Notes: a model not told the origin generated them from the sequence alone. Counted from the stretch's first letter, positions 1 to 9,723 are shown. The stretch: 64,000 bases of DNA from Thermoanaerobaculia bacterium (GCA_034665065.1 JAXDGL010000001.1:34691-98690); one strand, 5' to 3'. Numbers and translations are program-made.

Positions 1-2
1 TG

Positions 3-875
3 CTGACGATCAACGTCGTCGATACGTTCACAAACACGCCGCTGCCGATGGCAACGCTCAAGTACGTGATCATGTCGCTGCGCGTGCCGCGCCATCCCGT
101 TCTCACGCTCGACGTCAGCCAGAGCAGCGCCGGCGATGAGGATGGCAAGCGCGCCGCGGGACGGTTCGTGATCAAAGGAGCGCCCGAGCGCGAGCTCCGC
201 CTAACCGTGAGCTGCACCGGCTACAAAAGGCGGGACATCGAACCCTTCTCGATGACGAAGAGCGAGACGAAGGTCATCGACGTCGATCTCGTTCCCCTCG
301 GCGGCTCCGAAGCGAAAGTCCTTTCCTCCCGTCCCTTCACGAACGGAACGATTTTCTGGTTCAACCTGTCTGGTGTCGAGACGGAGCGCACCGAGCTCGC
401 TCCCGACGGTGTGTTCCATTTCGAGAAGGCGCATTATCGCGACGAGACGATGACGGTCGTGTCGGCCTCGCATCCGCTGTGGATCCTGAGGGCTCCCATG
501 GTCGAACGCGCCACGCCGTTGCAGGTGCGATTCCCAGACTCCGCGCCACAACGCGAGGCCGAGGTTACGATCAACAACATGTCCGCGCGAACGGTGATGC
601 AGATCGGAGTCACCATCGGCGGACTGCGCGTTCCGCAGCCGGCGTTGGTGCAGCATCTTGCGCTCCGAGGGACGGCGCCGCTCGTCAGTGCAGGAGTTTC
701 GCTGCTCGTCCCTGCTCTGGCCGAAAGCGGCCCGATCGACATCCTGCGAGGAACGCTCGTCTTTCAACGGCCGGCGCTGGTCATGGACATCATGCTGCGC
801 AACTTTGCTCCGGTTGCGACGAAGAGGCTCGAACCGGGGAGCGCGGCGGTGACCTTCGACGCGACGGCGAGGTAG
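3..875 (+). CDS. Hypothetical protein, 5'-truncated by the window edge; possible carboxypeptidase-regulatory-like beta-sandwich modules
   Basis: The frame is open from base 3 (LTINVVDTFTNTPLPMA...), upstream of the ORF-track start at 48. Beta-rich segments such as 'ELRLTVSCTGYKRRDI' resemble CarboxypepD_reg-like modules. Confidence 0.5.
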   Translation: MTINVVDTFTNTPLPMATLKYVIMSLRVPRHPVLTLDVSQSSAGDEDGKRAAGRFVIKGAPERELRLTVSCTGYKRRDIEPFSMTKSETKVIDVDLVPLGGSEAKVLSSRPFTNGTIFWFNLSGVETERTELAPDGVFHFEKAHYRDETMTVVSASHPLWILRAPMVERATPLQVRFPDSAPQREAEVTINNMSARTVMQIGVTIGGLRVPQPALVQHLALRGTAPLVSAGVSLLVPALAESGPIDILRGTLVFQRPALVMDIMLRNFAPVATKRLEPGSAAVTFDATAR

Positions 876-930
876 AGCACAATCACTTGCTGAGCGGATT
901 GCCGGGAAATAATCAGAGGAGAATGGGCCC

Positions 931-1653
931 ATGCGAGTCCCCAACGTTCACGGCATCATTCGACGAAGATTGCTGGTCAACTTCCGAATCGATCCCGACG
1001 TTGCACAGAAGCAACTCCCTTCTCAATTTCGACCCAAGCTCCACGCGGGATACGCGGTCGGAGGGATTTGCCTGATCCGCCTCGAGGGAATCCGGCCCAA
1101 GCGGTTTCCCGAGATCCTCGGCTTCTCGAGTGAGAATGCGGCGCATCGTTTCGCGGTCCGATGGGACGGCGCCGGCGGTGAGCAGGAGGGCGTCTACATC
1201 CCGCGGCGCGATTCCGGATCGTTGCTCAACAGCATGGCCGGCGGGCGCCTCTTCCCCGGCGAGCAACATCGGGCGCGTTTTACCGTGACCGACGATGGCA
1301 ATCGCGTCGAGCTGGCGATGACCTCGGCGGATCGCGCGGTCTCGGTGCATGTTGCCGGCGCCTCCGCGGATGCCTTGTCGCCGCAATCGATCTTTTCATC
1401 GATCAAGGAAGCGTCCGATTTTTTCGAGGCCGGCTCGCTCGGCTACTCGGCTACATCCTCCGGCCGCAGACTCGATGGAATCGTGCTGTGCGCGCAGAAC
1501 TGGGAAGTCCACCCGCTGGGCATGGAATCGGTGCAGTCGAGTTACTTCGACGACCGCTCCCTTTTCCCATCGGAGAGTATTCGCTTCGATCACGCGCTGA
1601 TCATGCGCAACATCGAACACGAATGGCTCTCCGCATCCGCCATGTCCGTCTGA
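931..1653 (+). CDS. DUF2071 (YqjF-like) family protein
   Basis: 'IRRRLLVNFRIDPD...GYAVGGICLIRL...SSENAAHR' pattern; GGAG-like SD upstream. Confidence 0.7.
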   Translation: MRVPNVHGIIRRRLLVNFRIDPDVAQKQLPSQFRPKLHAGYAVGGICLIRLEGIRPKRFPEILGFSSENAAHRFAVRWDGAGGEQEGVYIPRRDSGSLLNSMAGGRLFPGEQHRARFTVTDDGNRVELAMTSADRAVSVHVAGASADALSPQSIFSSIKEASDFFEAGSLGYSATSSGRRLDGIVLCAQNWEVHPLGMESVQSSYFDDRSLFPSESIRFDHALIMRNIEHEWLSASAMSV

Positions 1654-1707
1654 GGCCGCAACTTCGCGGCATCTACTTTGCTTTTTCCGATCTAGGAGGA
1701 TTTGCGA

Positions 1708-1893
1708 ATGGCTGCGAAGAAACGGGAATTGATCGAGCCACACCCTGGCGACAAGCGCTACATCCGCCGCGATGATCAGGGACGCATCAAGGAGTCGGAC
1801 GACGTAAGCCGCTCCCTCTCTCAGGATCAGCGGAAGAAGGCGTCGACGGTTTCGAAGCCTGGCCAGGGCGACAAGGGCGATCGCAAGCGTTAG
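1708..1893 (+). CDS. Small (61 aa) highly charged hypothetical protein
   Basis: Strong SD AGGAGGA upstream of ATG 1708; MAAKKRELIEPHPGDKRYIRRDDQGRIKESDDV... Confidence 0.75.
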   Translation: MAAKKRELIEPHPGDKRYIRRDDQGRIKESDDVSRSLSQDQRKKASTVSKPGQGDKGDRKR

Positions 1894-2297
1894 CTTCCGC
1901 TCCAGTCCCCGCTGACAACGACGACCGGCTTGCCGCCGTCCGTCCGCGAGATGCGCGTGAGCGTCACGACGTAGACGGGTAGCGACGTTTCGCGTGCCAC
2001 GCGCGCATCGAGATGCGACGGCAGCGGCAGCCAGTTGGGATGTGTATGCACGATGGCCACGGTGCCGGCGGGAAGCGGACCGCTCCAGGCCGCGCGGTTC
2101 AGTTCTCCATTGGCGCGCCAGCGGAGAAAGAACATGGCTCCCCTCGCGTCACGTATGAGGAACGCCGCTTCCTCCGTGCTCGCGCAACCATAGCGCGCTT
2201 CGCGGAGCAGCATGGCCAGCACTCCGTGAACCGCGGGTTCGCGAAGATCAACCGCCGCGAGCCTGATGACGAAGGCAGTGATGGCGCTCAGCATCAT
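1890..2297 (-). CDS. JAB/JAMM (MPN+) metallo-isopeptidase-like protein
   Basis: Upstream Glu (EEAAF) plus HTHPNWLPLPSHLD, which is the exact H-x-H-x7-S-x2-D JAMM motif. Confidence 0.75.
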   Translation of the reverse strand: MMLSAITAFVIRLAAVDLREPAVHGVLAMLLREARYGCASTEEAAFLIRDARGAMFFLRWRANGELNRAAWSGPLPAGTVAIVHTHPNWLPLPSHLDARVARETSLPVYVVTLTRISRTDGGKPVVVVSGDWSGS

Positions 2298-2377
2298 GAC
2301 TGCTAAGAACGACCGGCAACGCGAAAGGTTTACGCGTTCCTGGGACCGCGGGCGTCCCGCCCGCTACTTACGCGACA

Positions 2378-2737
2378 CTACACAGACTCATCGGGCCGCG
2401 GCGCACTCTCGAGGCCGCGGATGCGATCGAGAACGTGACGCACACGATCGCGATCCTCGCCCGCCGGCATTCGCTCTAACCTCTCAGAAACACTCTCGCG
2501 AATCGTCCGCCGTCCATCATCGTCCGCATGCCGGAACTTCGTCGCCAGCACGTACGAGATGATCGAGGCCTTCGATTCGGACAGGGCCACGAGATCGGGC
2601 AGATCGCGAAGCAGCCGCTCGATCGGACGCGCTTCCAGATCTTTCACGAATGCTTCCAGTTCGCTGAAGGTCTTGGCATCGATCGCTTTCATCACGATCG
2701 ATGAGGTGGGGATTTTGTCGTTGCGTTCTGATTCCAT
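2378..2737 (-). CDS. Hypothetical alpha-helical protein
   Basis: Amphipathic helical ORF filling the gap between genes. Start uncertain (2737 or 2692). Confidence 0.5.
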   Translation of the reverse strand: MESERNDKIPTSSIVMKAIDAKTFSELEAFVKDLEARPIERLLRDLPDLVALSESKASIISYVLATKFRHADDDGRRTIRESVSERLERMPAGEDRDRVRHVLDRIRGLESAPRPDESV

Positions 2738-2910
2738 AGGTAGATCTTTGATCCTACATGAATCGCGCCGCCTGGCAATCGGCGTTCGATAACGAACGGT
2801 TACGAAATCGAGAGACTGTCTCACGCGAAGACACGGAGAAAAACCAACTCCGCACCTCCGCATCTCCGGGTGAAACTGTTTTTCGGGCTACTGCGAGATA
2901 CTTTGTCCTC

Positions 2911-4581
2911 ATGAGCGAAAGTCCAGCCCTTCCCGAGACGCGCAACAAGACCGAGCACGTCTTCCCGGTTCTCACGCCGGCGCAGATCGCGCGCATCGCG
3001 CCGCTCGGACGCGTGAGGCCGATTCAGGCAGGCGAAGTGCTGCTCGAAGCGGGGGAACAGGCCGATCACTTCTTCGTCATCCTTTCCGGGCGTCTCGACA
3101 TTCTTCGTACAACCGACGGAACGGAGTCGCTCGTGGTGTCGCACGGTCCGGGCATGTTCAGCGGCGACGTCAACATGCTGTCGGGCCGCCCAACGCTCGT
3201 ACGCATGCGCGCCGGAGAAACGGGCGAAGTCATCGAGCTCGATCGCGAGCACCTCATGTCGCTCGTACAAACCGACAACGAGCTGGGCGAGATCCTCATG
3301 CGCGCCTTCATCCTCCGGCGCGTGGAGCTGATCGCACGGGGTGTCGGCGGTGTCATTCTGATCGGATCGACGCACACGCAGGGGACGCTGCGCATCAAAG
3401 AGTTCCTCACGCGCAATGGCCATCCCTACAACTACATCGACCTCGATACGGACTCCGACGTTCAGACTCTGCTCGATCGATTTCACGTCAGCGTCGATGA
3501 CGTACCGGTGTTGATCTGCCGCGGCGAATTCGTCCTCCGAAATCCTTCCAATGAGAAGATCGCCGACTGTCTCGGCTTCAACGACGCCATCGATGAGGTG
3601 CACCAGCGCGATGTGGTCATCGTCGGCGCCGGTCCCGCCGGACTCGCCGCCGCCGTCTACGGCGCGTCCGAAGGCCTCGACGTTCTCGTGATCGAGTCGA
3701 ACGCACCCGGCGGCCAGGCCGGCGCCAGTTCGAAGATCGAAAACTACCTCGGCTTCCCCACCGGCATCAGCGGACAGGAGCTGGCCGGCCGCGCCTACAC
3801 GCAGGCACAGAAATTCGGAGCGCAGGTGATGATCGCGCGCGGCGCGAAGGAGCTCTCCTGCAGCCGCCGTCCGTTCGCCATCCTGCTCGAGAACGGATCG
3901 CGTGTTCCCGCGCGGACAGTGATTATCGCCACCGGCGCCGATTACCGGCGGCTGGCGATCGACAACCTGGCGCGATTCGAAGGCGCCGGCATTTACTACG
4001 GCGCGACGTTCGTCGAATCGCAGGCATGCGCAGCCGAGACAGTTGCCATCGTCGGCGGAGGAAACTCGGCGGGACAGGCGGCAGTGTTTCTCGCCGAGCA
4101 TGCGCAGCGCGTATTCATCTTCGTGCGCCGCGAAGGGTTGGATGAAACGATGTCGCGCTATCTCATCCGCCGCATCGAACAGAATCCGCGCATCGAGCTG
4201 CGAACGCGCACGGAAGTCGTCGCACTCGAAGGCGAGGATCACCTCGAGCGGATCCGCTGCCGCGATCACGCGGAGAAAGCCGAGACTCTGAACATCCGCC
4301 ATCTCTTCGTCATGACAGGTGCGGTGCCCAGCACGAAATGGCTGGACGGCTGTGTGACGCTCGACGAGAAAGGCTTCATCCGCACCGGCCCCGATTTAAC
4401 GCCCGAACATCTCGCCGCCGCCGGCTGGCCTCTGAAACGCGCGCCGTACCTCCTCGAGACAAGCCTCCCCGGCGTCTTCGCCGTCGGCGACGTAAGATCC
4501 GGCAACGTCAAGCGCGTCGCCTCGGCGGTCGGCGAAGGCTCGATCGCGATCTCGTTCGTACATCGTGTGTTGCACGAGTAG
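2911..4581 (+). CDS. cNMP-binding domain / thioredoxin-fold / FAD-dependent thioredoxin-reductase-like fusion
   Basis: N-terminal cNMP-binding-like fold (GEVLLEAGEQADHFFVILSG...GMFSGD). GAGPAG FAD motif, GGGNSAG NAD(P)H motif, C-terminal TSLPGVFAVGD. Confidence 0.85.
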   Translation: MSESPALPETRNKTEHVFPVLTPAQIARIAPLGRVRPIQAGEVLLEAGEQADHFFVILSGRLDILRTTDGTESLVVSHGPGMFSGDVNMLSGRPTLVRMRAGETGEVIELDREHLMSLVQTDNELGEILMRAFILRRVELIARGVGGVILIGSTHTQGTLRIKEFLTRNGHPYNYIDLDTDSDVQTLLDRFHVSVDDVPVLICRGEFVLRNPSNEKIADCLGFNDAIDEVHQRDVVIVGAGPAGLAAAVYGASEGLDVLVIESNAPGGQAGASSKIENYLGFPTGISGQELAGRAYTQAQKFGAQVMIARGAKELSCSRRPFAILLENGSRVPARTVIIATGADYRRLAIDNLARFEGAGIYYGATFVESQACAAETVAIVGGGNSAGQAAVFLAEHAQRVFIFVRREGLDETMSRYLIRRIEQNPRIELRTRTEVVALEGEDHLERIRCRDHAEKAETLNIRHLFVMTGAVPSTKWLDGCVTLDEKGFIRTGPDLTPEHLAAAGWPLKRAPYLLETSLPGVFAVGDVRSGNVKRVASAVGEGSIAISFVHRVLHE

Positions 4582-4808
4582 TCCAGGTCCCCAGATCAAC
4601 TAGATTCTTACGTTCCGCACTTCCGATGGACTCTCAGCGGGCAATGACCTGTCGCTTTCATCAGCCGTAGCGTGGTTGATGACTCGTCTCCCGGCTACAT
4701 AGACAGCGAACCTCTGCAGAGTTCCACGATCCGTCACCCAGGCCCACTGTAATCGACCGAAGTAGCAACCAATAAACGCAGAAACGTTCTCCTTCAATCG
4801 TCTGGGTC

Positions 4809-7118
4809 CTACTCGACAACCGGCCTCGGCAAGGGCGGCTTCAGGCCGCGACTCCAGTGGCGGTGAGCGGCGATCGCGGCGATGAAACCTGCGGCGAAGG
4901 AGCGGCCCCGCGTCTTCGAGGTGACGACGCCCGCCAATGGATCGGCATCGGGCCCCGCCTCCGGATGCGCTTTCGCATTCGTGATACCGGCGGCATCGAG
5001 GAGCTTCACGCCGGCACCGCTTGCAGCGATCGGCTTGTAGTGCTTGAACGCGTCCTGCAGGAACTCGATCGCGGCGGGCTCATTCATCAACGCGGCGATT
5101 GCGGCGTCGCCGCCAGCGACGTAGACGGCATCGAAAAAGACCGAGCTCGCGGTGAGGATGCTGAACTCGGCATTCATCGGCGCGCCATCCGCGCCGGAAA
5201 AGGCGCCAACGTGGCGGCCGACGAGCCGCGGCATCGCTCCTTCGGCCATCAATGCCTTCTTCATTGCGTCGATGTCAGCGGGATCGCTCCCTTCCGCGAC
5301 CAGGATGGCCACCTTGCGTGTGCGAATGTTCGGTTCAGGCTTGTTCGGAGTGAGCAGCATGCTCGTGGCCGGCGATGTCTCGACGTTGCGATTGACCGGT
5401 TTCGGCTGCCAGTCGCGCGGATTTGCATCGGCGGGGAAGCTCATGTTCAGCGGACCGCTGATCCGGGGGATCTTCTTCATCCCCAGTCCTTCGGCGACAC
5501 GCTGCGCAAGGCCCATGTCGACCTGTGAAAGCATCGCCACCATCCGTTCGCGAACGGCGACGGTCCCGCAGTGTCCCAGTTCGAACTGAAGCGCCTGAAT
5601 GATGTGCTCCTGTTCCGGCGCCGACTGACTCCTGAAAAACTGCAGCGCCTGCGTGAAGTGATCGAAGAATTTTTCGCTGCGCGCTCCCCGCACTTTGGTT
5701 CCCGCCAGCGCTTCCGGATGCGAGACGAAACCTCCGCTCTTGGAGCCAGCCTGAAACGGACAGCCGCCGCCGAGTGTGTTCGGCTCGTAGGCGACGCGTC
5801 CTTCGTTAATGGTCTGGCGCATCTGCCCATCGCGTTGAAGGTTGTGGACCGGAGCGACGGGACGGTTGATGGGGATCTCGTTGAAGTTGGGTCCACCGAG
5901 ACGCTTGAGTTGCGTGTCGAGGTAGGAGAATAGCCGGCCCTGCAGGAGCGGATCATCGCTGAAGTCGATGCCCGGAACGATGTGCCCGAGGTGAAAGGCG
6001 ACCTGCTCGGTCTCAGCGAAGAAATTGTCGGGGTTGCGGTTCAGCGTCATCTTCCCGATGCGGCGGACCGGCACGAGCTCCTCAGGAATGAGCTTCGTGG
6101 AGTCGAGAATGTCGAAATCGAATTTGTGCTCGTCCGCTTCGGGCACGATCTGCACGCCCAGCTCCCACTCCGGAAAGTCGCCACCGGCGATCGCATCCCA
6201 CAGATCGCGGCGATGAAAATCGGGGTCCTTCCCCGAGATCTTCTGCGCCTCGTCCCAGACGACGGAGTGCATACCCTGCAACGGCTTCCAGTGAAACTTC
6301 ACGAAGCACGACTTGCCGGCTTCATTGACGAAACGAAAGGTGTGGACGCCGAAGCCTTCCATCATCCGGAGGCTGCGGGGAATGGCGCGGTCCGACATCA
6401 CCCACATCACCATGTGCATCGCTTCCGGCATGAGCGAGATGAAATCCCAAAAAGTGTCGTGCGCCGACGCGGCTTGCGGGACTTCGTTGTGCGGCTCCGG
6501 CTTCACCGCATGGATCAGGTCGGGGAACTTCAGCGCGTCCTGGATGAAGAAAACAGGGATGTTGTTGCCGACGAGATCGACGTTTCCCTCGTCGGTGTAG
6601 AACTTCGTGGCGAAGCCGCGAACGTCGCGAGCGAGATCGGAAGAGCCGCGTGAACCGGCTACCGTCGAGAACCGGACGAAGACGGGCGTCTCACGCGAAG
6701 GATCTGTCAAAAAGCGCGCTTTGGTGAAGCGCTTCATCGAGTCGTCGTAAACACGGAAAATGCCGTGCGCCGCAGACCCACGCGCGTGAACGATGCGCTC
6801 CGGGATCCGTTCATGATCGAAGTGCGTGATCTTCTCCCGGAGGTGAAAATCTTCGATCAGCGTCGGACCGCGCACGCCTGCACGGAGCGAATTCTGGTCG
6901 TCCTCCATTCGCAGGCCCTGGTTCGTAGTGAGGAAGTGATCGTCGGAGCTCTCGCGGTCGCGTTCCAGCTCGTCCAACTTCCTATTGCTCGTCGTGGATC
7001 GGGCGCGCCGTTCCTTTTCTGCGTCCGATTTCGATGCGCTTGCTTCGGTGCGCGCATTCGGCGCGGTCCCGCGCGGTTTGGCTTCCTTCGTTGGTGCAGT
7101 TCGCTTCGCTTTTGCCAT
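4809..7118 (-). CDS. katE: Large-subunit catalase (HPII type) with C-terminal DJ-1/PfpI-like domain
   Basis: [15 protein letters not shown] catalytic His motif, RLFSYLDTQ heme-ligand motif, C-terminal flavodoxin-like domain. Start at MAKAK with GGGGGA SD. Confidence 0.95.
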   Translation of the reverse strand: MAKAKRTAPTKEAKPRGTAPNARTEASASKSDAEKERRARSTTSNRKLDELERDRESSDDHFLTTNQGLRMEDDQNSLRAGVRGPTLIEDFHLREKITHFDHERIPERIVHARGSAAHGIFRVYDDSMKRFTKARFLTDPSRETPVFVRFSTVAGSRGSSDLARDVRGFATKFYTDEGNVDLVGNNIPVFFIQDALKFPDLIHAVKPEPHNEVPQAASAHDTFWDFISLMPEAMHMVMWVMSDRAIPRSLRMMEGFGVHTFRFVNEAGKSCFVKFHWKPLQGMHSVVWDEAQKISGKDPDFHRRDLWDAIAGGDFPEWELGVQIVPEADEHKFDFDILDSTKLIPEELVPVRRIGKMTLNRNPDNFFAETEQVAFHLGHIVPGIDFSDDPLLQGRLFSYLDTQLKRLGGPNFNEIPINRPVAPVHNLQRDGQMRQTINEGRVAYEPNTLGGGCPFQAGSKSGGFVSHPEALAGTKVRGARSEKFFDHFTQALQFFRSQSAPEQEHIIQALQFELGHCGTVAVRERMVAMLSQVDMGLAQRVAEGLGMKKIPRISGPLNMSFPADANPRDWQPKPVNRNVETSPATSMLLTPNKPEPNIRTRKVAILVAEGSDPADIDAMKKALMAEGAMPRLVGRHVGAFSGADGAPMNAEFSILTASSVFFDAVYVAGGDAAIAALMNEPAAIEFLQDAFKHYKPIAASGAGVKLLDAAGITNAKAHPEAGPDADPLAGVVTSKTRGRSFAAGFIAAIAAHRHWSRGLKPPLPRPVVE

Positions 7119-7254
7119 TGGTCCCCCTTGGCGCAGTCTGAACCGCGCGCCACGTGGGCAATGCGCAAGGCTTGCCATGAGGGAACGACCGGCTACTCTT
7201 CGGTCGAATCGTTTTCCGCGCAGCGACCAGCTCCCCCGGATCGTCCGGCCGGCA

Positions 7255-7980
7255 TCACCGCGCAATCACGAGCAGCGTGAGGTCATCGTAGCGCGCGCCG
7301 CCGGCGTGGCGCGAGGCCGCATCACGGATCGCCGATGCGATCTCGCGAACGCACGACGATGCGGGGAGCGCTCGCATTACTCCTTCGACGCCGAACTCCG
7401 GTCCGTCGGGAGCGGCAGCTTCGATGACGCCATCGCTATAGAGAATGATCTGATCGCCAGGTGCCAGCGAGAGCGTTGCCGACACCCATCGCGAGGACTC
7501 GACGATCCCGACGACCGGACCTGTCGCGTCGATCTCTTCGATGCGGCCGTCGGCGCGGCGGATCATCGGCGGGCAATGGCCCGCATTGACGATCGTCATC
7601 ACGCCATCGTCCCGCAGCCAGCCGATGACGGCGGTGGCGAAGCGATTCGAGGGGAGCAGCGGCTTGAGAAACTGATGCAGACGCTGCATCGTCGTCGCCG
7701 GATCGCATCCGGCGCGCGCGCACGAGGCGATGCGGCGTTCCAACTCCTCCTGGATCATCGCCATCACCAGCGCGGCTGGCAGTCCCTTGCCCGCGACGTC
7801 GCCGAGGGCGAACCAGAGCCTGTCACCGGTGCGATGCGTGAACCAGAAGTCGCCGGTGAACATGCGCGAGGGGATCGAGATGGCGTGGACGTCGAATGTC
7901 GCGGTCACGTGGTTGCGCGCGCGGCGCGGCGTCGCAGTCGCGCGTGGGAGTGGCTCGATCTCGAATACTGAAGCAGTCAT
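7255..7980 (-). CDS. Stand-alone PP2C/SpoIIE-type (RsbU-like) Ser/Thr phosphatase
   Basis: GDF, LGDVAGKGLPAA, NAGHCPP, LYSDGVIEA and DDLT motifs; GGAG SD before ATG 7980. Confidence 0.9.
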   Translation of the reverse strand: MTASVFEIEPLPRATATPRRARNHVTATFDVHAISIPSRMFTGDFWFTHRTGDRLWFALGDVAGKGLPAALVMAMIQEELERRIASCARAGCDPATTMQRLHQFLKPLLPSNRFATAVIGWLRDDGVMTIVNAGHCPPMIRRADGRIEEIDATGPVVGIVESSRWVSATLSLAPGDQIILYSDGVIEAAAPDGPEFGVEGVMRALPASSCVREIASAIRDAASRHAGGARYDDLTLLVIAR

Positions 7981-8023
7981 GATGATCTCCATTCAAGTTC
8001 TTCCACTCTCGGATTGCTCGATG

Positions 8024-8077
8024 CCCCCTCATCCGCCTTCGGCACCTTCTCCCCCACAAAAGGCGTGGGGGAGAAGG
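8024..8077. repeat. REP-like element family C (CCCTCATCC...CCTTCTCCC-loop-GGGAGAAGG)
   Basis: Hairpin ccttctccccca...tgggggagaagg. A related element lies at 51811-51930. Confidence 0.7.
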
Positions 8078-8169
8078 ACGCTCCATGTTGAGTTTTCGTG
8101 ATCATTCCATCCTCGGAACCTGCAAGCTCTGACAGCCCTCCCGGAACCGAACATTCGCGAGACGTCGAA

Positions 8170-9045
8170 TCAGGCCGCCACCGGCTGGCAGTGACGGCAC
8201 GGGCGATAGCCGTTCTCGAGCGCGTCATCGGCATCGCGGAAAGGCATCCGATTCTTTTCCTGGATCCGCTTCGCATCGCGGCAGGTCGGGAAGCAGAAGA
8301 TGTGCGTCGTGCGCGATCCGATGTAGCGCACGTGCTCGCGCGCCAGTGCATCGAGCTCGTCGACATTCACCCCTTCGCGCTCCAGCAACGCGCGCTTCGT
8401 GGCGCTGCCGAAGATGTAGTTGCCGACGCCACCCGACGACGGCACGACGCGATGACACGGCACGACGTACGGAACCGGGTTGCGAGCGATGATGCTTGCG
8501 ACCGCCCGCACCGCACGCGGCCGGCCAGCCTGGCGCGCGACCCACGCATACGTCCGCACCTCTCCGCGCGGAATGCGGCTCAGCGTGGTCAGCACGTCGT
8601 GTTCGAGATCGTTCGTGGCATCCAGATCGACCTTGGGGGAATTCACTCCCTCCCCTTGCACCGCCGCCTGCACTTGACGCCGCAACGCATCCGGAATCGC
8701 CGCAGGTTCGAGAACGCGTCCGTACTTTTTCGCATACGCCGCGCGAACGTCGTCGATCGATTTCGCCTCGGCGATCATCCGGATCCGTCCATTCGCGAAC
8801 GCCACCCATGTGTCGCCGACGCGGTCGAAGGAATCGGCAATCTCCTCTTTGACCGCGTCGCGGCAGGAACGCTCCGGCACGACCGCAAGCGATTTGATTG
8901 CGTGCGCCAGATTGATCACGTCCGCCTGCGACTCGTTGCAACTGCGGCAGGTCTTGAAGTGCTGCTCCACCGCAATCTTCTCGATCGTCGCCAACTCGCG
9001 TGTCCGCAGCGCGTCGATCCGCGTCAACACTGTTCTACATTGCAT
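8170..9045 (-). CDS. Fusion: zf-HC2 (ZAS) anti-sigma motif + O6-alkylguanine-DNA methyltransferase domain + C-terminal Ada Zn-binding domain
   Basis: HFKTCRSC (HxxxCxxC), NPVPYVVPCHRVV (MGMT active site) and IFCFPTC...GYRPCRHCQP (Ada N-domain with 4 Cys). The start overlaps the sigma factor stop. Confidence 0.9.
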   Translation of the reverse strand: MQCRTVLTRIDALRTRELATIEKIAVEQHFKTCRSCNESQADVINLAHAIKSLAVVPERSCRDAVKEEIADSFDRVGDTWVAFANGRIRMIAEAKSIDDVRAAYAKKYGRVLEPAAIPDALRRQVQAAVQGEGVNSPKVDLDATNDLEHDVLTTLSRIPRGEVRTYAWVARQAGRPRAVRAVASIIARNPVPYVVPCHRVVPSSGGVGNYIFGSATKRALLEREGVNVDELDALAREHVRYIGSRTTHIFCFPTCRDAKRIQEKNRMPFRDADDALENGYRPCRHCQPVAA

Positions 9046-9667
9046 ACGCCACCCCCTTCTGGGTTGCCGGCTTCTCCAGCGCATCGCGCAACAGCTTGAG
9101 CGACCGGAACACCTTGCCGCGAAGAGCCGCCTCCGACTGACCTACCGTTTTGGCGATCTCCGCATACGACATCTCTTCCATGAACCGCAGCACGATCAAC
9201 TCGCGCGCGTCGACGGGCAGCAGCGCCATCGCACGGCGCAGCAGCTCGATCTCTTCCCTCCGTTCCAGATCCGAGCCCTCCAGATTGACGAACGGCCCGA
9301 GCCTGCCGTCATCGAACGTCTCCAGCGGTTGCTCGAGCGTGCTCCGCTTCGAGCGCCGCTTGTTGAGGGAGAGATTGCGCACGGTCTTGAACAGCCACGG
9401 GCGCAACGCCAGCGTCGCGCAGCGCGCCTCGTCATACTGCCGCGTCAACGCCTTGTGCGCGCGCATCATCGCGTCCTGCACGACTTCCTGCGCGTCGAAC
9501 GTGTTCTGCAGAATCCCGTGCGCGTACCCGAAGAGCGGCTGCTCGAATCGATCGATGAGCCTCTCGAACGCCCCCGGCTCGCAGCGATGGACAGCCACGG
9601 CGAGTTCGCCCCCATCGCCCAGCTCAGGCTCGCTCGCAGTCTCGCCGCCTGTCCAACTGTTCTTCAT
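9035..9667 (-). CDS. ECF RNA polymerase sigma factor
   Basis: Region 2 (AFERLIDRFEQPLFGYAHGILQNTFDAQEVVQDA...LRPWLFKTVRN) and region 4 (RELIVLRFMEEMSYAEIAKTVG). Confidence 0.93.
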   Translation of the reverse strand: MKNSWTGGETASEPELGDGGELAVAVHRCEPGAFERLIDRFEQPLFGYAHGILQNTFDAQEVVQDAMMRAHKALTRQYDEARCATLALRPWLFKTVRNLSLNKRRSKRSTLEQPLETFDDGRLGPFVNLEGSDLERREEIELLRRAMALLPVDARELIVLRFMEEMSYAEIAKTVGQSEAALRGKVFRSLKLLRDALEKPATQKGVAYAM

Positions 9668-9676
9668 ATAGGTAAG

Positions 9677-9701
9677 AACACGGGGAAAGGGAGTTTCGTT
9701 C
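9677..9701 (-). promoter_or_regulatory. Putative ECF-type autoregulatory promoter GAAC-N16-GTGTT
   Basis: Minus strand reads ccGAACgaaactccctttccccGTGTTcttacctatATG. The spacing fits the ECF -35 AAC / -10 GT pattern. Confidence 0.4.
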
Positions 9702-9723
9702 GGGGCCTACTCGAAAAGCATTG

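Noticed and set aside
1890-2297. CBASS or ubiquitin-like conjugation operon
   Set aside because: No CD-NTase, E1/E2 or Ub-like gene next to the JAB gene.
4600-4797. 65-aa ORF between convergent genes
   Set aside because: TTG start with no SD and no recognisable motif; cannot be supported.
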